A DNA stretch of 64,000 bases from an uncultured Acidobacteriota bacterium (GCA_963797625.1 CAWCQI010000016.1:15128-79127), one strand, 5' to 3'; shown: positions 1 through 11,226, counted from the stretch's first letter. Made by a program: numbers and translations. Notes: a model not told the origin generated them from the letters alone.

Positions 1-597
1 GGCGCCTCAGGGATGACCGACGCGACCCGTGTCGCGATTCTCAACGCGAATTACATCAAGGCGCGGCTCGCCGGTCATTACGAGGAGCTGTACGCCAACC
101 ACAACGGCCGCGTGGCCCACGAGATGATCTTCGACCTGCGACCCTTCAAGCACGGATCAGGGCCGTCGGTCGACGAACAGGACGTCGCGAAGCGTTTGAT
201 GGATTACGGGTTCCACGCGCCGACGGTCTCGTTCCCGGTGGCCGGCACGATGATGATCGAACCGACCGAGAGCGAGTCAAAAGCGGAGCTGGACCGATTC
301 TGCGACGCGCTGATCTCGATTCGGCGCGAAATCCAGGACGTCATCGATGGCCGGGTGGATCCGCGAGACAACGTGCTCAAGAACGCGCCGCACACGGCTG
401 AGGAAGTGTCGTCGGATGCCTGGTCCCATCCCTACACCCGCGAGCAGGCCGCCTATCCGGCGCCGTTCGTCCGCGCCAACAAGTTCTGGCCGGCCGTCGG
501 CCGAATCGACAACCCGTATGGCGATCGGAACCTCGTCTGCGCCTGTCCACCGATTGAAACCTACGTCGAAGCAGATGGGGTTGAGGCGGGACGTTAG
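1..597 (+). CDS. gcvPB: Glycine dehydrogenase (aminomethyl-transferring) subunit 2, C-terminal part; 5' end outside window
   Basis: Open in frame 1 from base 1 to TAG 595-597. The translation ([47 protein letters not shown]) is the conserved C-terminal region of P-protein subunit 2. Confidence 0.9.
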   Translation, partial: GASGMTDATRVAILNANYIKARLAGHYEELYANHNGRVAHEMIFDLRPFKHGSGPSVDEQDVAKRLMDYGFHAPTVSFPVAGTMMIEPTESESKAELDRFCDALISIRREIQDVIDGRVDPRDNVLKNAPHTAEEVSSDAWSHPYTREQAAYPAPFVRANKFWPAVGRIDNPYGDRNLVCACPPIETYVEADGVEAGR

Positions 598-599
598 GC

Positions 600-736
600 A
601 ATGCTGAATGCTGAGTGCTGAATGCTGAAGTTAAGGGTGAAGAGGGTCGAATTCGGAATTGCCAACTTCGACATTCAGTTAAGGAACTTCTTCCTTGGTC
701 CTTTACTTCAGCATTCAGCACTCAGCCTTCAGCATT
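600..736. repeat. Heptamer-periodic inverted repeat (4 x TGCTGAR arm, 73-nt spacer, mirror arm) between convergent genes
   Basis: Arm 600-631 (aatgctgaatgctgagtgctgaatgctgaagt) matches the reverse complement of arm 705-736 at 31/32 positions. TGA occurs at 605, 612, 619 and 626, covering all three frames. Confidence 0.9.
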
Positions 737-746
737 GGTCGCGCGC

Positions 747-1652
747 TCAGTTCCCAGCGCTCTTCTTTCTAAATCCTTCCAGCAGCTTGCGCGTGACCGG
801 CCCCGGGCGGCCGTTGCCGATCATCTGGTCGTCGATCCGGACGACCGGCGTGAGCTCGCGTGTCGACCCGGTGATGAACGCTTCCTGCGCAGAAGTGAGA
901 TCGGCAGGCGTGAGCGTGGCTTCCTCGACCCGCACGCCGACCTCGCCGCCGACCTCGAAGAGGAACGCGCGCGTCAATCCCTCGAGGAGGCCAGACGCCG
1001 AGCGCGGCGTGAGTGCGACACCGTCGCGAACCAGGAAAAAGTTCGATTGCGCGCATTCCGAGAGTTCGCCCCGGTAATTGCACATCAGCGCTTCTTCGCC
1101 GCCCTGGCGACGCGCTTCCTGCATCGCCAGCGCGTTGTTGAGCAGGTTGTTCGACTTGATGATCGGGTTCACCGAACCAGGATGATTGCGCAGGATCGAT
1201 ACCAGAACGATCTTGATGCCCTCGTCGAACATTCGGGCCGGCGGCTCATCGAAGGGCTTGACGATGATCACGAGCGAGGGCGCCGGTGTCGCGGTCAGGT
1301 CGTAGCTGAGATCGCCGACGCCGCGGGTCAGCAGAATGCGAATGTACGCCTCTTTGAGGGGCGGGATTGGCGGCGTGGGCGTTGACAGCCCGTCGGGCGA
1401 TCGCTCGGCGACGGCGATCGTGTCGTGAATCCAGCCAAGCAGCGTGTCGTCGTCGAACGGAACATCGAGGTGCAGCGCGGCGGCTGACGCGCGGAGTCGC
1501 CGCAGATGTCGATCGTAGAGGAACGGCACGCGGTTGTAGGTGCGGAGCGTTTCGTACACGCCCTCGCCGTACACGAAACCATGGTCGTAGACGGGAATCA
1601 CCGCCTCGCGGGCCGGCGTGATGATTCCGTTGACGTAGACTGCGCCCTTCAC
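747..1652 (-). CDS. ilvE: Class IV (fold type IV PLP) aminotransferase, branched-chain amino acid aminotransferase-like
   Basis: 301-aa ORF with YDHGFVYGEGVYETLRTY, NFFLVRDGVALTP and EAFITGSTRELTPV segments typical of IlvE/Dat-family enzymes. GTG start preceded by GGAGGG. The exact substrate class cannot be resolved by eye. Confidence 0.75.
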   Translation of the reverse strand: MKGAVYVNGIITPAREAVIPVYDHGFVYGEGVYETLRTYNRVPFLYDRHLRRLRASAAALHLDVPFDDDTLLGWIHDTIAVAERSPDGLSTPTPPIPPLKEAYIRILLTRGVGDLSYDLTATPAPSLVIIVKPFDEPPARMFDEGIKIVLVSILRNHPGSVNPIIKSNNLLNNALAMQEARRQGGEEALMCNYRGELSECAQSNFFLVRDGVALTPRSASGLLEGLTRAFLFEVGGEVGVRVEEATLTPADLTSAQEAFITGSTRELTPVVRIDDQMIGNGRPGPVTRKLLEGFRKKSAGN

Positions 1653-1664
1653 TCGCCCTCCGAA

Positions 1665-1746
1665 GCTCTCAGCTATCAGCCGTCAGCTATCAGATTCTTG
1701 TGGTCTGCTGGCTTCTCTGAGAGCTGAGTAGCTGACAGCTGAGAGC
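1665..1746. repeat. Heptamer-periodic imperfect inverted repeat (GCNNTCA units / TGA-bearing mirror units) in a divergent promoter region
   Basis: Arm 1665-1693 is gctctcagctatcagccgtcagctatcag; arm 1717-1746 is ctgagagctgagtagctgacagctgagagc. On the + strand, TGA at 1718, 1725, 1733 and 1740 plus TAG at 1729 close all three frames. Confidence 0.8.
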
Positions 1747-1749
1747 CAA

Positions 1750-1779
1750 TTGACCGCAGTCTAGCACAAGCAGTACGCT
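1750..1779 (+). promoter_or_regulatory. Candidate sigma70-type promoter for nnr (TTGACC-N18-TACGCT)
   Basis: TTGACC at 1750-1755 and TACGCT at 1774-1779, 12 nt before the nnr ATG (1792). This would give a very short leader. The call rests on the motif match only. Confidence 0.3.
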
Positions 1780-1791
1780 CGACCGGAACGC

Positions 1792-3366
1792 ATGCGAGTG
1801 CTCAACACCGAACAGATGCGCGAAGCCGATCGCCGCACGATCGAGGACGTCGGTATTCCGTCGATCGTGCTGATGGAGAATGCCGGGCGTCAGGCGGTCG
1901 CCGCGATGGAAGCGGCGTTCGACGATCTTGCGACCAGCCGCGTCGGGGTGGTGTGTGGCCGCGGCAACAACGGCGGCGACGGATTCGTGATCGCGCGCAC
2001 TCTGGTGCAGCGCGGCATCGACACGGCCGTCTTCCTCCTCGGCAGCGTCGCCGACGTGCGCGGCGATGCGCGGACCAACCTCGAGGTATTGGGCCGGATC
2101 GGCATGACCGTCATCGAGATCACCAACGCGCAGGAGTGGGAGCTCCATTTCAGCGACCTCTCGGACTGCGAGCTGGTGGTCGACGCGATTCTCGGCACCG
2201 GCGTGCGCGGTCCGCTGACGGGACTCCTGGAAACGGTCGTTGCCGATCTCAACGGGCTTGGGATTCCGATTGTCGCGATCGATTTGCCGACCGGCGTGTC
2301 GGCAGACAGCGCGGCGCTCGATGGTCCGGCGATCGAGGCGTCGATGACGGTCACCCTTGGCGCACCGAAGATTCCCCTGATCTTCCCGCCGGCCGACACG
2401 CACGCCGGCGATCTCGTCATTGCCGACATCGGGATACCGCTGCCGCTCTTCGACGAGCTCGAAGGGCCGCATCTCGAGCTGCTGACGCGCGAGCGGATGC
2501 GCGAGATCGTGCCGACGCGCGCCGCCGACTCGCATAAGGGGGATTTCGGCCGTGTCCTGGTCATCGCCGGATCGCTCGGCCGAACCGGTGCGGCGCATCT
2601 ATCAGCGGTCGGCGCGCTTCGGTCGGGCGCAGGCCTCGTCACAGTTGCGACGCCGCGCTCGTGCCTGCCGATCGTGGCGGCAATGGCGCCGGAGTACATG
2701 ACCGAACCACTCGACGAAACGGCGTCGGGCACCGTTGACTTCAGCGCGATCGATCGCGTGCTCGAGATGAACGCCGACGTGATTGCCGTCGGACCAGGGT
2801 TGGGTCAGGCGCCTGGCACGGCCGCGTTCGTCCAGGCGCTGCTCGAGCGCACCGGCGTGCCGATTGTCCTCGACGCTGATGCACTGAACGCGTTCGCAGG
2901 CGAGCCCGACCGCCTGATGGGCCGCGAGGAGGTCGGTGTCGTCATCACGCCGCACCCCGGAGAGATGGCGCGCCTCCTGAACACCTCGATCGAGGCCGTC
3001 CAGCACGACCGACTCCGACACGCGCGTGAGTTTGCCGCCTCCCACCGTGTCGTCGTCGTCCTCAAGGGCCATCGCACGGTCATTGCGGCGCCTGACGGCC
3101 GGACGTTCGTCAACCTGACGGGCAACTCGGGGATGGCGACGGGCGGGACCGGTGACCTCCTGACGGGGATGATTGCCGCGTGGTTCGCGCAGTTGCTCGA
3201 CGCCGAGGCCGCTTGCAAGTTGGCGGTGTACCTGCACGGTACCGCGGGCGATTTGGCCGAGGCCGACGAAGGCGACGTGGCGCTCGTTGCCGGCGACCTG
3301 GCCACACGCCTGGGCGACGCGGTGCTCGAGCTGACGGCCCGGCGGCAGGTGAAGCGCGACTCGTGA
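1792..3366 (+). CDS. nnr: Bifunctional NAD(P)H-hydrate repair enzyme (epimerase / ADP-dependent dehydratase)
   Basis: 524 aa. N-terminal YjeF_N domain (GRGNNGGDGFV) fused to a C-terminal carbohydrate-kinase-fold dehydratase (GMATGGTGDLLTG). Confidence 0.9.
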   Translation: MRVLNTEQMREADRRTIEDVGIPSIVLMENAGRQAVAAMEAAFDDLATSRVGVVCGRGNNGGDGFVIARTLVQRGIDTAVFLLGSVADVRGDARTNLEVLGRIGMTVIEITNAQEWELHFSDLSDCELVVDAILGTGVRGPLTGLLETVVADLNGLGIPIVAIDLPTGVSADSAALDGPAIEASMTVTLGAPKIPLIFPPADTHAGDLVIADIGIPLPLFDELEGPHLELLTRERMREIVPTRAADSHKGDFGRVLVIAGSLGRTGAAHLSAVGALRSGAGLVTVATPRSCLPIVAAMAPEYMTEPLDETASGTVDFSAIDRVLEMNADVIAVGPGLGQAPGTAAFVQALLERTGVPIVLDADALNAFAGEPDRLMGREEVGVVITPHPGEMARLLNTSIEAVQHDRLRHAREFAASHRVVVVLKGHRTVIAAPDGRTFVNLTGNSGMATGGTGDLLTGMIAAWFAQLLDAEAACKLAVYLHGTAGDLAEADEGDVALVAGDLATRLGDAVLELTARRQVKRDS

Positions 3367-3858
3367 GCCGAGATGCCGTCCTGACGGCCGGGGAAGAGGA
3401 GACGGTCGCCGCCGGCGAGCGAGTTCGCCGCGACGTTGCCGCCAGGCGCGGTCGTGCTCCTCTATGGCCAGCTCGGCGCCGGCAAGACGGCGTTCGTGCG
3501 CGGCCTGGCGCGCGGGCTCGGCGCGGCCGCGGACGAAGTGTCCAGTCCCACCTTCACGATCATCCAGGAATACGTCGGCCGCACCGCGACGCTCTACCAC
3601 GTCGACCTCTATCGCCTCGAGCCGGCTGAAGTCGACGACCTCGGTCTCGACGAGCTGGTCAGCGGAGACGGAGTCGTCGCGATCGAATGGGCCGATCGCT
3701 GGAGGGAGCGGCCCGATGACGCAATCGAAGTGACGATCGAAGACCGTGGAGAGGATCGGCGGTCGATCAGAATTGCGGGCCTAAGGCTCAGGGCTCAGGC
3801 TGAAGGCTCAAGGCTCAAGACTCAGGCTCGAGAGCACACTCGATCGATCTTGCTCTGA
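3363..3858 (+). CDS. tsaE: tRNA t6A37 biosynthesis ATPase TsaE (YjeE), with one apparent frame break near 3422
   Basis: YGQLGAGKT, SPTFTI and YHVDLYRL are in frame 1 from TTG 3436. The expected N-terminus (VSRDAVLTAGEEETVAAGER) is in frame 3 from GTG 3363, which overlaps the nnr stop. The ORF has no stop of its own, runs about 26 codons into the repeat at 3781, and ends at the repeat TGA at 3856. Confidence 0.8.
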
Positions 3859-3888
3859 GCCTTGAGCCCTAAGCCTTGAGCCCTGAGC

Positions 3889-3889
<1 letters not shown>
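3781..3889. repeat. Heptamer-periodic inverted repeat (GGCTCAR units) between convergent tsaE and guaB
   Basis: Left arm 3781-3835 (ctaaggctcagggctcaggctgaaggctcaaggctcaagactcaggctcgagagc). Right arm 3851-3889 (tgctctgagccttgagccctaagccttgagccctgagcc). On the + strand, stops at 3856, 3863, 3870, 3877 and 3884 cover all frames. Confidence 0.85.
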
Positions 3890-5415
<1,526 letters not shown>

Positions 5416-8400
5416 TCAGATCCTCAAAAGCCAAGAAGGCAGCAAACAATCTGCTGCCTTCGCTGGTGTTCCCGGTGTGCGGCCTCTTGGCACCCTGGCC
5501 CCTTGGTCCACTGGCACCCTGTTCTTAGACCCATGGCACTTCTTGTATTTCTTCCCGCTGCCACACGGGCAGGGGTCATTCCGGCCGACTTTGGGTTCGT
5601 CGCGCCGCACCTGCTTGACGACGTCGTCGCCGCCGGTGCGGGCGGGTTTTGGTGCTTCGGCGGGCGCGCCAGCGCCGGCGCCGCCAATCGCGCCAAACGG
5701 TGACGGTGGCGGAGCCTGCTGCGCGCTCATCGTTATCTGAGGCGCACGCCTCGGGGCCGGCGCGCGGACGGGGGCGTCGGTCGAGCCCTCGCTGCCGACC
5801 GGCGTCAGCCGCCACAGATACCGGACGATTTCTTCCTCGATCCGGTCCTTCATCGCCTGGAAGAGCGCGAAGCTCTCCTTCTTGTATTCGACCAGCGGAT
5901 CGCGCTGCCCGTAGCCGCGCAGACCGATGCCTTCCTTGAGGTGGTCGAGGCTGTAGAGGTGGTCCTTCCACTGCGCGTCGACGATCTGCAGCATGATGTC
6001 GCGTTCGACGCGACGCAGGATCTCGGTCGGAATCAGCGCTTCCTTGGTTTCGTATTTCTGGAGAACCGGTGTCCAGAAGGCATCGCTGATAGCGCCGGCA
6101 CTCAGCCCCTCGAGCGGGATGCCGTTGAGCGTGTCGGCGTCGAGACCGTAGATCTCGGCGACGGCAGCGGTCAGGGCGCCGTCGTCGCGCTCTTCGGCCT
6201 CGATCTCCTCGCCCGCGTAGCGTTCGACCGTGCTGTCGAGGAGCTCCTCGGCCAGCGTGATCAGGTACTCGCGGCTGTCGACCGCCTCGTCTTCGGTCAG
6301 GTGAATCTTGCCCTCGAGCAGCTCGCGGCGCAGCGCATAGACGCTCTCGCGCTGCTTGTTCATGACGTCGTCGTACTCGAGGAGGTGCTTGCGGACGGAG
6401 AAGTTCTGCGCCTCGACCTGCTTCTGCGCGCGGGCGATGGCGTTGGTCACCATCTTGTGCTCGATCGGCACGCCTTCTTCCATGCCGAGCCGCTGCATCA
6501 GGCCCGAGATGCGGTCGGATCCGAAGATGCGCATCAGATCGTCTTCGAGCGACAGGTAGAAGCGCGACGATCCGGGGTCGCCCTGGCGGCCGGCGCGGCC
6601 GCGCAGCTGGTTGTCGATGCGGCGGGCCTCGTGCCGCTCGGTGGCGACGATGTGAAGCCCTCCGAGGTTGACGACCTCGTCGTGCTCGCGATCCGTCTGC
6701 GACTTGAACGACTGGAAAATGTGCTCGTAGGCCTGCCGCGGCACACGATAGAAGTTGCCCAGGTGATAGAAGTAGACGAACTCCTCGTCGTCGACGAACT
6801 TCGCCTGGTCCTTGGGCAGCTTCTCGGCAATCTGGTCGGCCAGCGTCTGCTGGCGTGCCATGAACTCGGCGTTTCCGCCAAGCAGGATGTCCGTGCCGCG
6901 GCCCGCCATGTTGGTCGCGATCGTGACCGTCCCGCGCCTGCCGGCCTGCGCGACAATCTCGGCCTCCTGCTCGTGGTATTTGGCGTTCAAGACGACGTGC
7001 TTGATGCCGCGCAGCTTCAGCAGTTTCGACAGCCGCTCCGACTTTTCGATCGACACCGTGCCGACGAGCGCTGGGCGGCCCAGCTGCTGCTGTTCGATGA
7101 TGTCGCCGACGATCGCCTCGTATTTTTCTTTTTCGGTGCGGTAGACGGTGTCGGGTTCTTCGATGCGCCTGAGCTCGCGGTTGGTCGGGATGACCATCAC
7201 TTCGAGCTTGTAGATCTTGTGGAACTCTTCGGCTTCGGTGTCGGCCGTGCCGGTCATCCCCGACAGCTTGCCGTACTTGCGGAAGTAATTCTGGAAGGTC
7301 ACCGTCGCGAGCGTCTGGTTCTCGCGCTCGATCTTGACCTTCTCCTTGGCCTCGACCGCCTGATGAAGACCATCGCTCCAGCGGCGGCCAGGCATCAACC
7401 GTCCGGTGAACTCGTCGACGATCACGACGCCGTTGTCCTTGATCATGTACTCGACGTCGAGCTTGAAGAGCGTGTGCGCCCGGAGTGCCTGCGTCACGTG
7501 ATGGAGCAGCGGCATGTTCGTCGGGTCGTACAGCCCGCCCGAACCCGGCACGAGTCGGTGGCTGAGCATCCGCTCGGCCTTGGCCATTCCGGTTTCGGTC
7601 AGCGTGACGGTCTTGTGCTTCTCGTCGACGATATAGTCGCCGGTCTTTTCGAGCTCGTCGCAATCCTCGGCCTTGACGTTCCCCTGCGTGACGGCGCCGG
7701 GCGTCAGCTTCGGGATGATGCGGTCGACCTCGTAATAGAGATCGGTCGATTCCTCGGCTGGCCCCGAGATGATCAGTGGCGTTCGCGCTTCGTCGATGAG
7801 GATGCTGTCGACCTCGTCGACGATGGCGTAGTGGTGACCGCGCTGCACGTAGTGCGCGAGGTCGAACTTCATGTTGTCGCGGAGGTAGTCGAAACCGAAC
7901 TCGTTGTTCGTGCCGTAGGTGATATCGCAGGCGTACGCGACCTGGCGTTCCTGATCGTTGAGGTCGTGCTGGATGACGCCAACCGACATCCCAAGGAACC
8001 GGTAGATGCGGCCCATCCATTCCGAGTCGCGACGCGCGAGGTAGTCGTTGACCGTGACGACATGGACGCCCTTGCCCTCGAGCGCATTGAGGTAGGCCGG
8101 AAGGGTCGCGACGAGCGTCTTGCCCTCGCCGGTCTTCATCTCGGCGATCTTGCCGCGATGGAGGACGATGCCGCCGATCAGCTGCACGTCGAAGTGCCGC
8201 ATGTTCAGCACGCGGCGGCCGGCCTCGCGGACGACGGCAAAGGCTTCCGGAATCAGATCGTCAAGCGTGGTGCCGCCACCGTCGCCGCCGAGCCGCTGCC
8301 GGAATTCGGCGGTCTTCGCGCGCAGCGCGTCATCGGACAGGCGCTGGATCTCGGGTTCCTTGGAGTTGATTTCGGCGACGAACGGCCGAATCCGTTTCAG

Positions 8401-8454
8401 CTCGCGATCGTTCGCGGTGCCGATGACTTTCGCGAGGAGGGTGTCGACAATCAT
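5416..8454 (-). CDS. secA: Preprotein translocase ATPase SecA, with an atypical 37-codon tail after the zinc finger
   Basis: 1012 aa with [28 protein letters not shown] and the C-terminal [14 protein letters not shown] ending at 5530. The ORF then continues through repeat and hairpin DNA to TGA at 5416-5418, abutting the guaB start. Confidence 0.93.
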   Translation of the reverse strand: MIVDTLLAKVIGTANDRELKRIRPFVAEINSKEPEIQRLSDDALRAKTAEFRQRLGGDGGGTTLDDLIPEAFAVVREAGRRVLNMRHFDVQLIGGIVLHRGKIAEMKTGEGKTLVATLPAYLNALEGKGVHVVTVNDYLARRDSEWMGRIYRFLGMSVGVIQHDLNDQERQVAYACDITYGTNNEFGFDYLRDNMKFDLAHYVQRGHHYAIVDEVDSILIDEARTPLIISGPAEESTDLYYEVDRIIPKLTPGAVTQGNVKAEDCDELEKTGDYIVDEKHKTVTLTETGMAKAERMLSHRLVPGSGGLYDPTNMPLLHHVTQALRAHTLFKLDVEYMIKDNGVVIVDEFTGRLMPGRRWSDGLHQAVEAKEKVKIERENQTLATVTFQNYFRKYGKLSGMTGTADTEAEEFHKIYKLEVMVIPTNRELRRIEEPDTVYRTEKEKYEAIVGDIIEQQQLGRPALVGTVSIEKSERLSKLLKLRGIKHVVLNAKYHEQEAEIVAQAGRRGTVTIATNMAGRGTDILLGGNAEFMARQQTLADQIAEKLPKDQAKFVDDEEFVYFYHLGNFYRVPRQAYEHIFQSFKSQTDREHDEVVNLGGLHIVATERHEARRIDNQLRGRAGRQGDPGSSRFYLSLEDDLMRIFGSDRISGLMQRLGMEEGVPIEHKMVTNAIARAQKQVEAQNFSVRKHLLEYDDVMNKQRESVYALRRELLEGKIHLTEDEAVDSREYLITLAEELLDSTVERYAGEEIEAEERDDGALTAAVAEIYGLDADTLNGIPLEGLSAGAISDAFWTPVLQKYETKEALIPTEILRRVERDIMLQIVDAQWKDHLYSLDHLKEGIGLRGYGQRDPLVEYKKESFALFQAMKDRIEEEIVRYLWRLTPVGSEGSTDAPVRAPAPRRAPQITMSAQQAPPPSPFGAIGGAGAGAPAEAPKPARTGGDDVVKQVRRDEPKVGRNDPCPCGSGKKYKKCHGSKNRVPVDQGARVPRGRTPGTPAKAADCLLPSWLLRI
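5435..5461 (-). terminator. Stem-loop (10-bp stem, 7-nt loop) downstream of the SecA zinc finger and 20 nt upstream of the guaB start
   Basis: The + strand reads gaaggcagca-aacaatc-tgctgccttc. On the - strand it is followed by ttggcttttg. It lies inside the annotated secA tail. Confidence 0.45.
5483..5514. repeat. Four tandem 8-nt units (NNNCTTGG / NNNCCTGG / NNNACTGG)
   Basis: cctcttgg caccctgg ccccttgg tccactgg. It lies in the secA tail and has intergenic-type periodic DNA without stops. Confidence 0.6.
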
Positions 8455-8530
8455 GCGGGGGACGATCCCCTGATGGGTCGGCTCACCCTCGCCTGCACTG
8501 TGAGGGCCGCAACACTCAGGGTATCAACTG

Positions 8531-8559
8531 ATTGTACGGGACGCTGCCCTTGGGGTCAA
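8531..8559 (-). promoter_or_regulatory. Candidate sigma70-type promoter for secA (TTGACC-N17-TACAAT)
   Basis: On the - strand, TTGACC is the complement of 8554-8559 and TACAAT the complement of 8531-8536, with exactly 17 nt between them. This implies a leader of about 70 nt to the secA ATG at 8454. Confidence 0.5.
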
Positions 8560-8619
8560 CTTCGGGACGCGTCACAACGTCTCAGTTTTTGAGGGGGGCG
8601 GGGAAGTGCGCGCCGTGTC

Positions 8620-8681
8620 GAACCGCGGATCGCACAGATCACACGGACCGGAACCGCGGATAACACAGATCACACAGACCG
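8620..8681. repeat. Two tandem 31-nt direct repeats upstream of the secA promoter
   Basis: gaaccgcggatcgcacagatcacacggaccg followed by gaaccgcggataacacagatcacacagaccg, with 3 mismatches. Confidence 0.85.
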
Positions 8682-8705
8682 GAGCAACGCAATCGGGCAG
8701 CCGCG

Positions 8706-9603
8706 CTATCTCGCGGCGAGCAGACGCATGGGATTCGTGAGCTTGCCGTTGACCCAGATCTCATAGTGCAAGTGAGAGCTGGTCGAGCGGCCGGTCGACC
8801 CGACAAAGCCGATGCACGTCACCGCGGTTGACCTGTTGACCGTTCATCACGCCGAAGCGGGACAGGTGACCGAACTTGGTGACGATGCCGTAGCCGTGCT
8901 CGACGACGACCATGTTGCCGTAGCTGCCGTTCCATCCAGCCATCGACACCGTGCCGCTGGCCGGTGCGAGAACCTCTTCGCCGTGGCTGGCCGAAATATC
9001 CAGGCCGGGGTGAAAATCGCTGCCGCCGGTGAATGGATCGCGGCGATTGCCGAAGGCCGATGTCAGCCATCCAGCGACCGGCCAAATCGACGGCGTGGCG
9101 TCGGCGAGCGAGCGCCGCCGTTCGACCCCGGTGCGCACCGCGTCGAGCCGGTTTTCGATGGCGCCGAGGACATCGCGCATCACGGTGAAGGCGGCATCGC
9201 CGGGGGTGAGGGCAGTGCCGAGCACGGCGCCCGCGACGGCTCCGCCTCCCATCGCCCGGGATCTGACGGCAGCGGGCAATCGCTCCATCGCGCGACTCGA
9301 CGCTGGGTCAACTGCGGCGGTGGCGCCGATCTCGTCGACGGCTGCCTGAAGCGAGGAGATCTGCTCGTAAAGCTGGCCGGTGGCTTCGCGATAGTTCTGG
9401 TTTTCGACCGTCAACCTGGCGTTGGTCGTGGTGAGGTCGTCGAGCGTGGCCAGCGCGCTCCAGCGGGCCCCGAGTCCAATCAAGATCGGCAGTGCGAGCG
9501 AGATGGCGATAGTAGCGACCGTCGGCCCCAGTGGGAGGGTGAACCGGCGCATGACCCCGCTCGTGCGATCGGCAATGACAATGGAATACCGCCTGGATGC
9601 CAC
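8706..9603 (-). CDS. M23/LytM family peptidoglycan metalloendopeptidase, one apparent 1-nt insertion near 8814
   Basis: ORF 8761..9603 carries the N-terminal TM segment, coiled coil and FHPGLDISA. The rest of the catalytic domain (FVGSTGRSTSSHLHYEIWVNGKLTNPMRLLAAR) is in another frame and ends at TAG 8706-8708. Removing one base from gtgCatcggc restores GDVIGFVGSTG. Confidence 0.85.
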
Positions 9604-9710
9604 AGCTCTCCTCGGCCGCCTTCCCCCCGGCGCGGCCCAAAACTTGGTTTTGTAGAACGGGAAACTTTACCATGCACCCCGCGCGACGGGGAAGTGACAA
9701 AAAACGTGGC

Positions 9711-11214
9711 TCAGTCCCCCCGATACTGCAGGGCTTCAGCCAGGTGCTCGGGCTCGATTTGCTCGGTTTCCGCGAGATCGGCAATCGTGCGCGAGACGCG
9801 CAGCACGCGATCGTAGCCTCTGGCGCTCAACGACAGCCGGGTGAGCGCGCGGCCGAGAAGCGCTCTGGCCTCGGGATGCAGGCGTGAGCTCGCCCGAAGC
9901 GCCCGGCCCTGGAGCCTGGCATTCAGCCGGCCATCGCGCGTCAACTGGCGCTCGCGAGCTGCCGCGACACGACTCCGCATCAACTGGGACGATTCGCCGG
10001 GCTCTGCGTCCTGCAAGTCTCGCGGCGGTACGCCGGCCACCCGCACAGTGAGATCCAGGCGATCGCGAAGCGGGCCCGACAAGCGGGACGCGTAGCGTTC
10101 CACCTGCGGCGGCGAGCACCGGCAGGCGCGCGCCGCATCGTCGAGGAAGCCGCACGGGCATGGGTTCATGGCGCCAATCAACATGAACCGGGCCGGGAAA
10201 ACGGCCGTCCGCGCCGCCCGGGCGATGCGAACCGAACCTTCCTCGACGGGCTGCCGCAGGACCTCGAGAACGTGGCGGCTGAACTCGGGCATCTCGTCGA
10301 GAAAGAGCACGCCGTGGTGAGCGAGGCTGATCTCACCTGGGCGCGGCTGCTGGCCGCCGCCGACGAGCGCGACATCCGAGATCGTGTGGTGCGGCGCGCG
10401 GAACGGCCGCTCGGCCAGCAGTCGCGTACCTGTCGTCAGGAGTCCCGCGACCGAGTGGATCGACGTCGCCTCGAGCGCCTCCTCGAACGTCAACGGCGGC
10501 AGGATCGTTGCGACTCGACGCGCCATCATCGTTTTGCCCGCGCCGGGCGGGCCGACCATGAGAACGTTGTGTCCGCCCGGCGGCGGCGATCTCGAGCGCG
10601 CGGCGCGCCAGCGCCTGGCCGTGGACGTCCGCGAAATCGCCGTCGAACGTCGCGTTCGCTGCGGCCGACGGCGGCGGGAGGAGGGGTGGCGGGCAGAACC
10701 CCATCGGGTCGTTCAGCGCGCCGACGGCTTCGGCGAGCGACCGCACCGGATAGAGCTCGAGACCGCTGACGACTGCGGCTTCGCTGCTGTTGGCGTGCGG
10801 CAGGAGGAGCGCGTTACAGCCATGACGACGCGCCGCAGCGGCAATCGGCAGCACACCGCGCGCCGGCTGAATGCCGCCGTCGAGCGACAGCTCGCCAAGG
10901 AGCAGGATGTCGACGATATCCCGCCGGGCAATCTGGCCGCCGGCCGCGAGGACTCCCAAGGCGATTGGGAGATCGAACGACGAGCCCGCTTTTCGGATGT
11001 CGGCTGGCGCCAGGTTCACCGTGACACGGTGAGGCGGAAACTCGAAGCCGGAGTTGCGGATGGCGCTCCGCACGCGATCGCGGCTTTCCCGCACGCTGGC
11101 GTCCGGCAGGCCCACCATCTGAAACGTGGGCAGTCCAAACGAGACGTCAACCTCCACCTGCACCAGACAGGCGTCGATTCCAAACACCGCGGCTGTCCGC
11201 ACGCAGGCAAGCAC
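9711..11214 (-). CDS. comM: YifB/ComM family Mg-chelatase-like AAA+ ATPase, one apparent 1-nt insertion near 10575
   Basis: The N-terminal part is in ORF 10333..11214. The AAA+ core (MVGPPGAGKTMMARR, VLFLDEMPEF) is in ORF 9711..10559. The junction ALEIAAAG|GHNVLMVGPPG is restored by deleting one base. Confidence 0.88.
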
Positions 11215-11226
11215 GGGTGACCCTGG

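Noticed and set aside
3363-3440. Programmed ribosomal frameshifting as the explanation for the frame breaks in tsaE, comM, pilC, xerD and other genes.
   Set aside because: There are no slippery heptamers or stimulatory structures at the break points. The breaks occur in unrelated genes with no known recoding, and each is repaired by a simple 1-nt change. Indels, either technical or mutational, are the simpler explanation.
5941-8592. 883-aa ORF on the + strand opposite secA. Similar long shadow ORFs lie at 3934..5139 opposite guaB, 1690..2598 opposite nnr, 26624..28207 opposite pilB and 56203..58116 opposite lptFG.
   Set aside because: These are antisense to genes with unmistakable conserved motifs. 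Their translations are Arg/Ala/Gly/Asp/Val-rich with no recognisable domain. Long stop-free antisense frames are expected at this G+C content.
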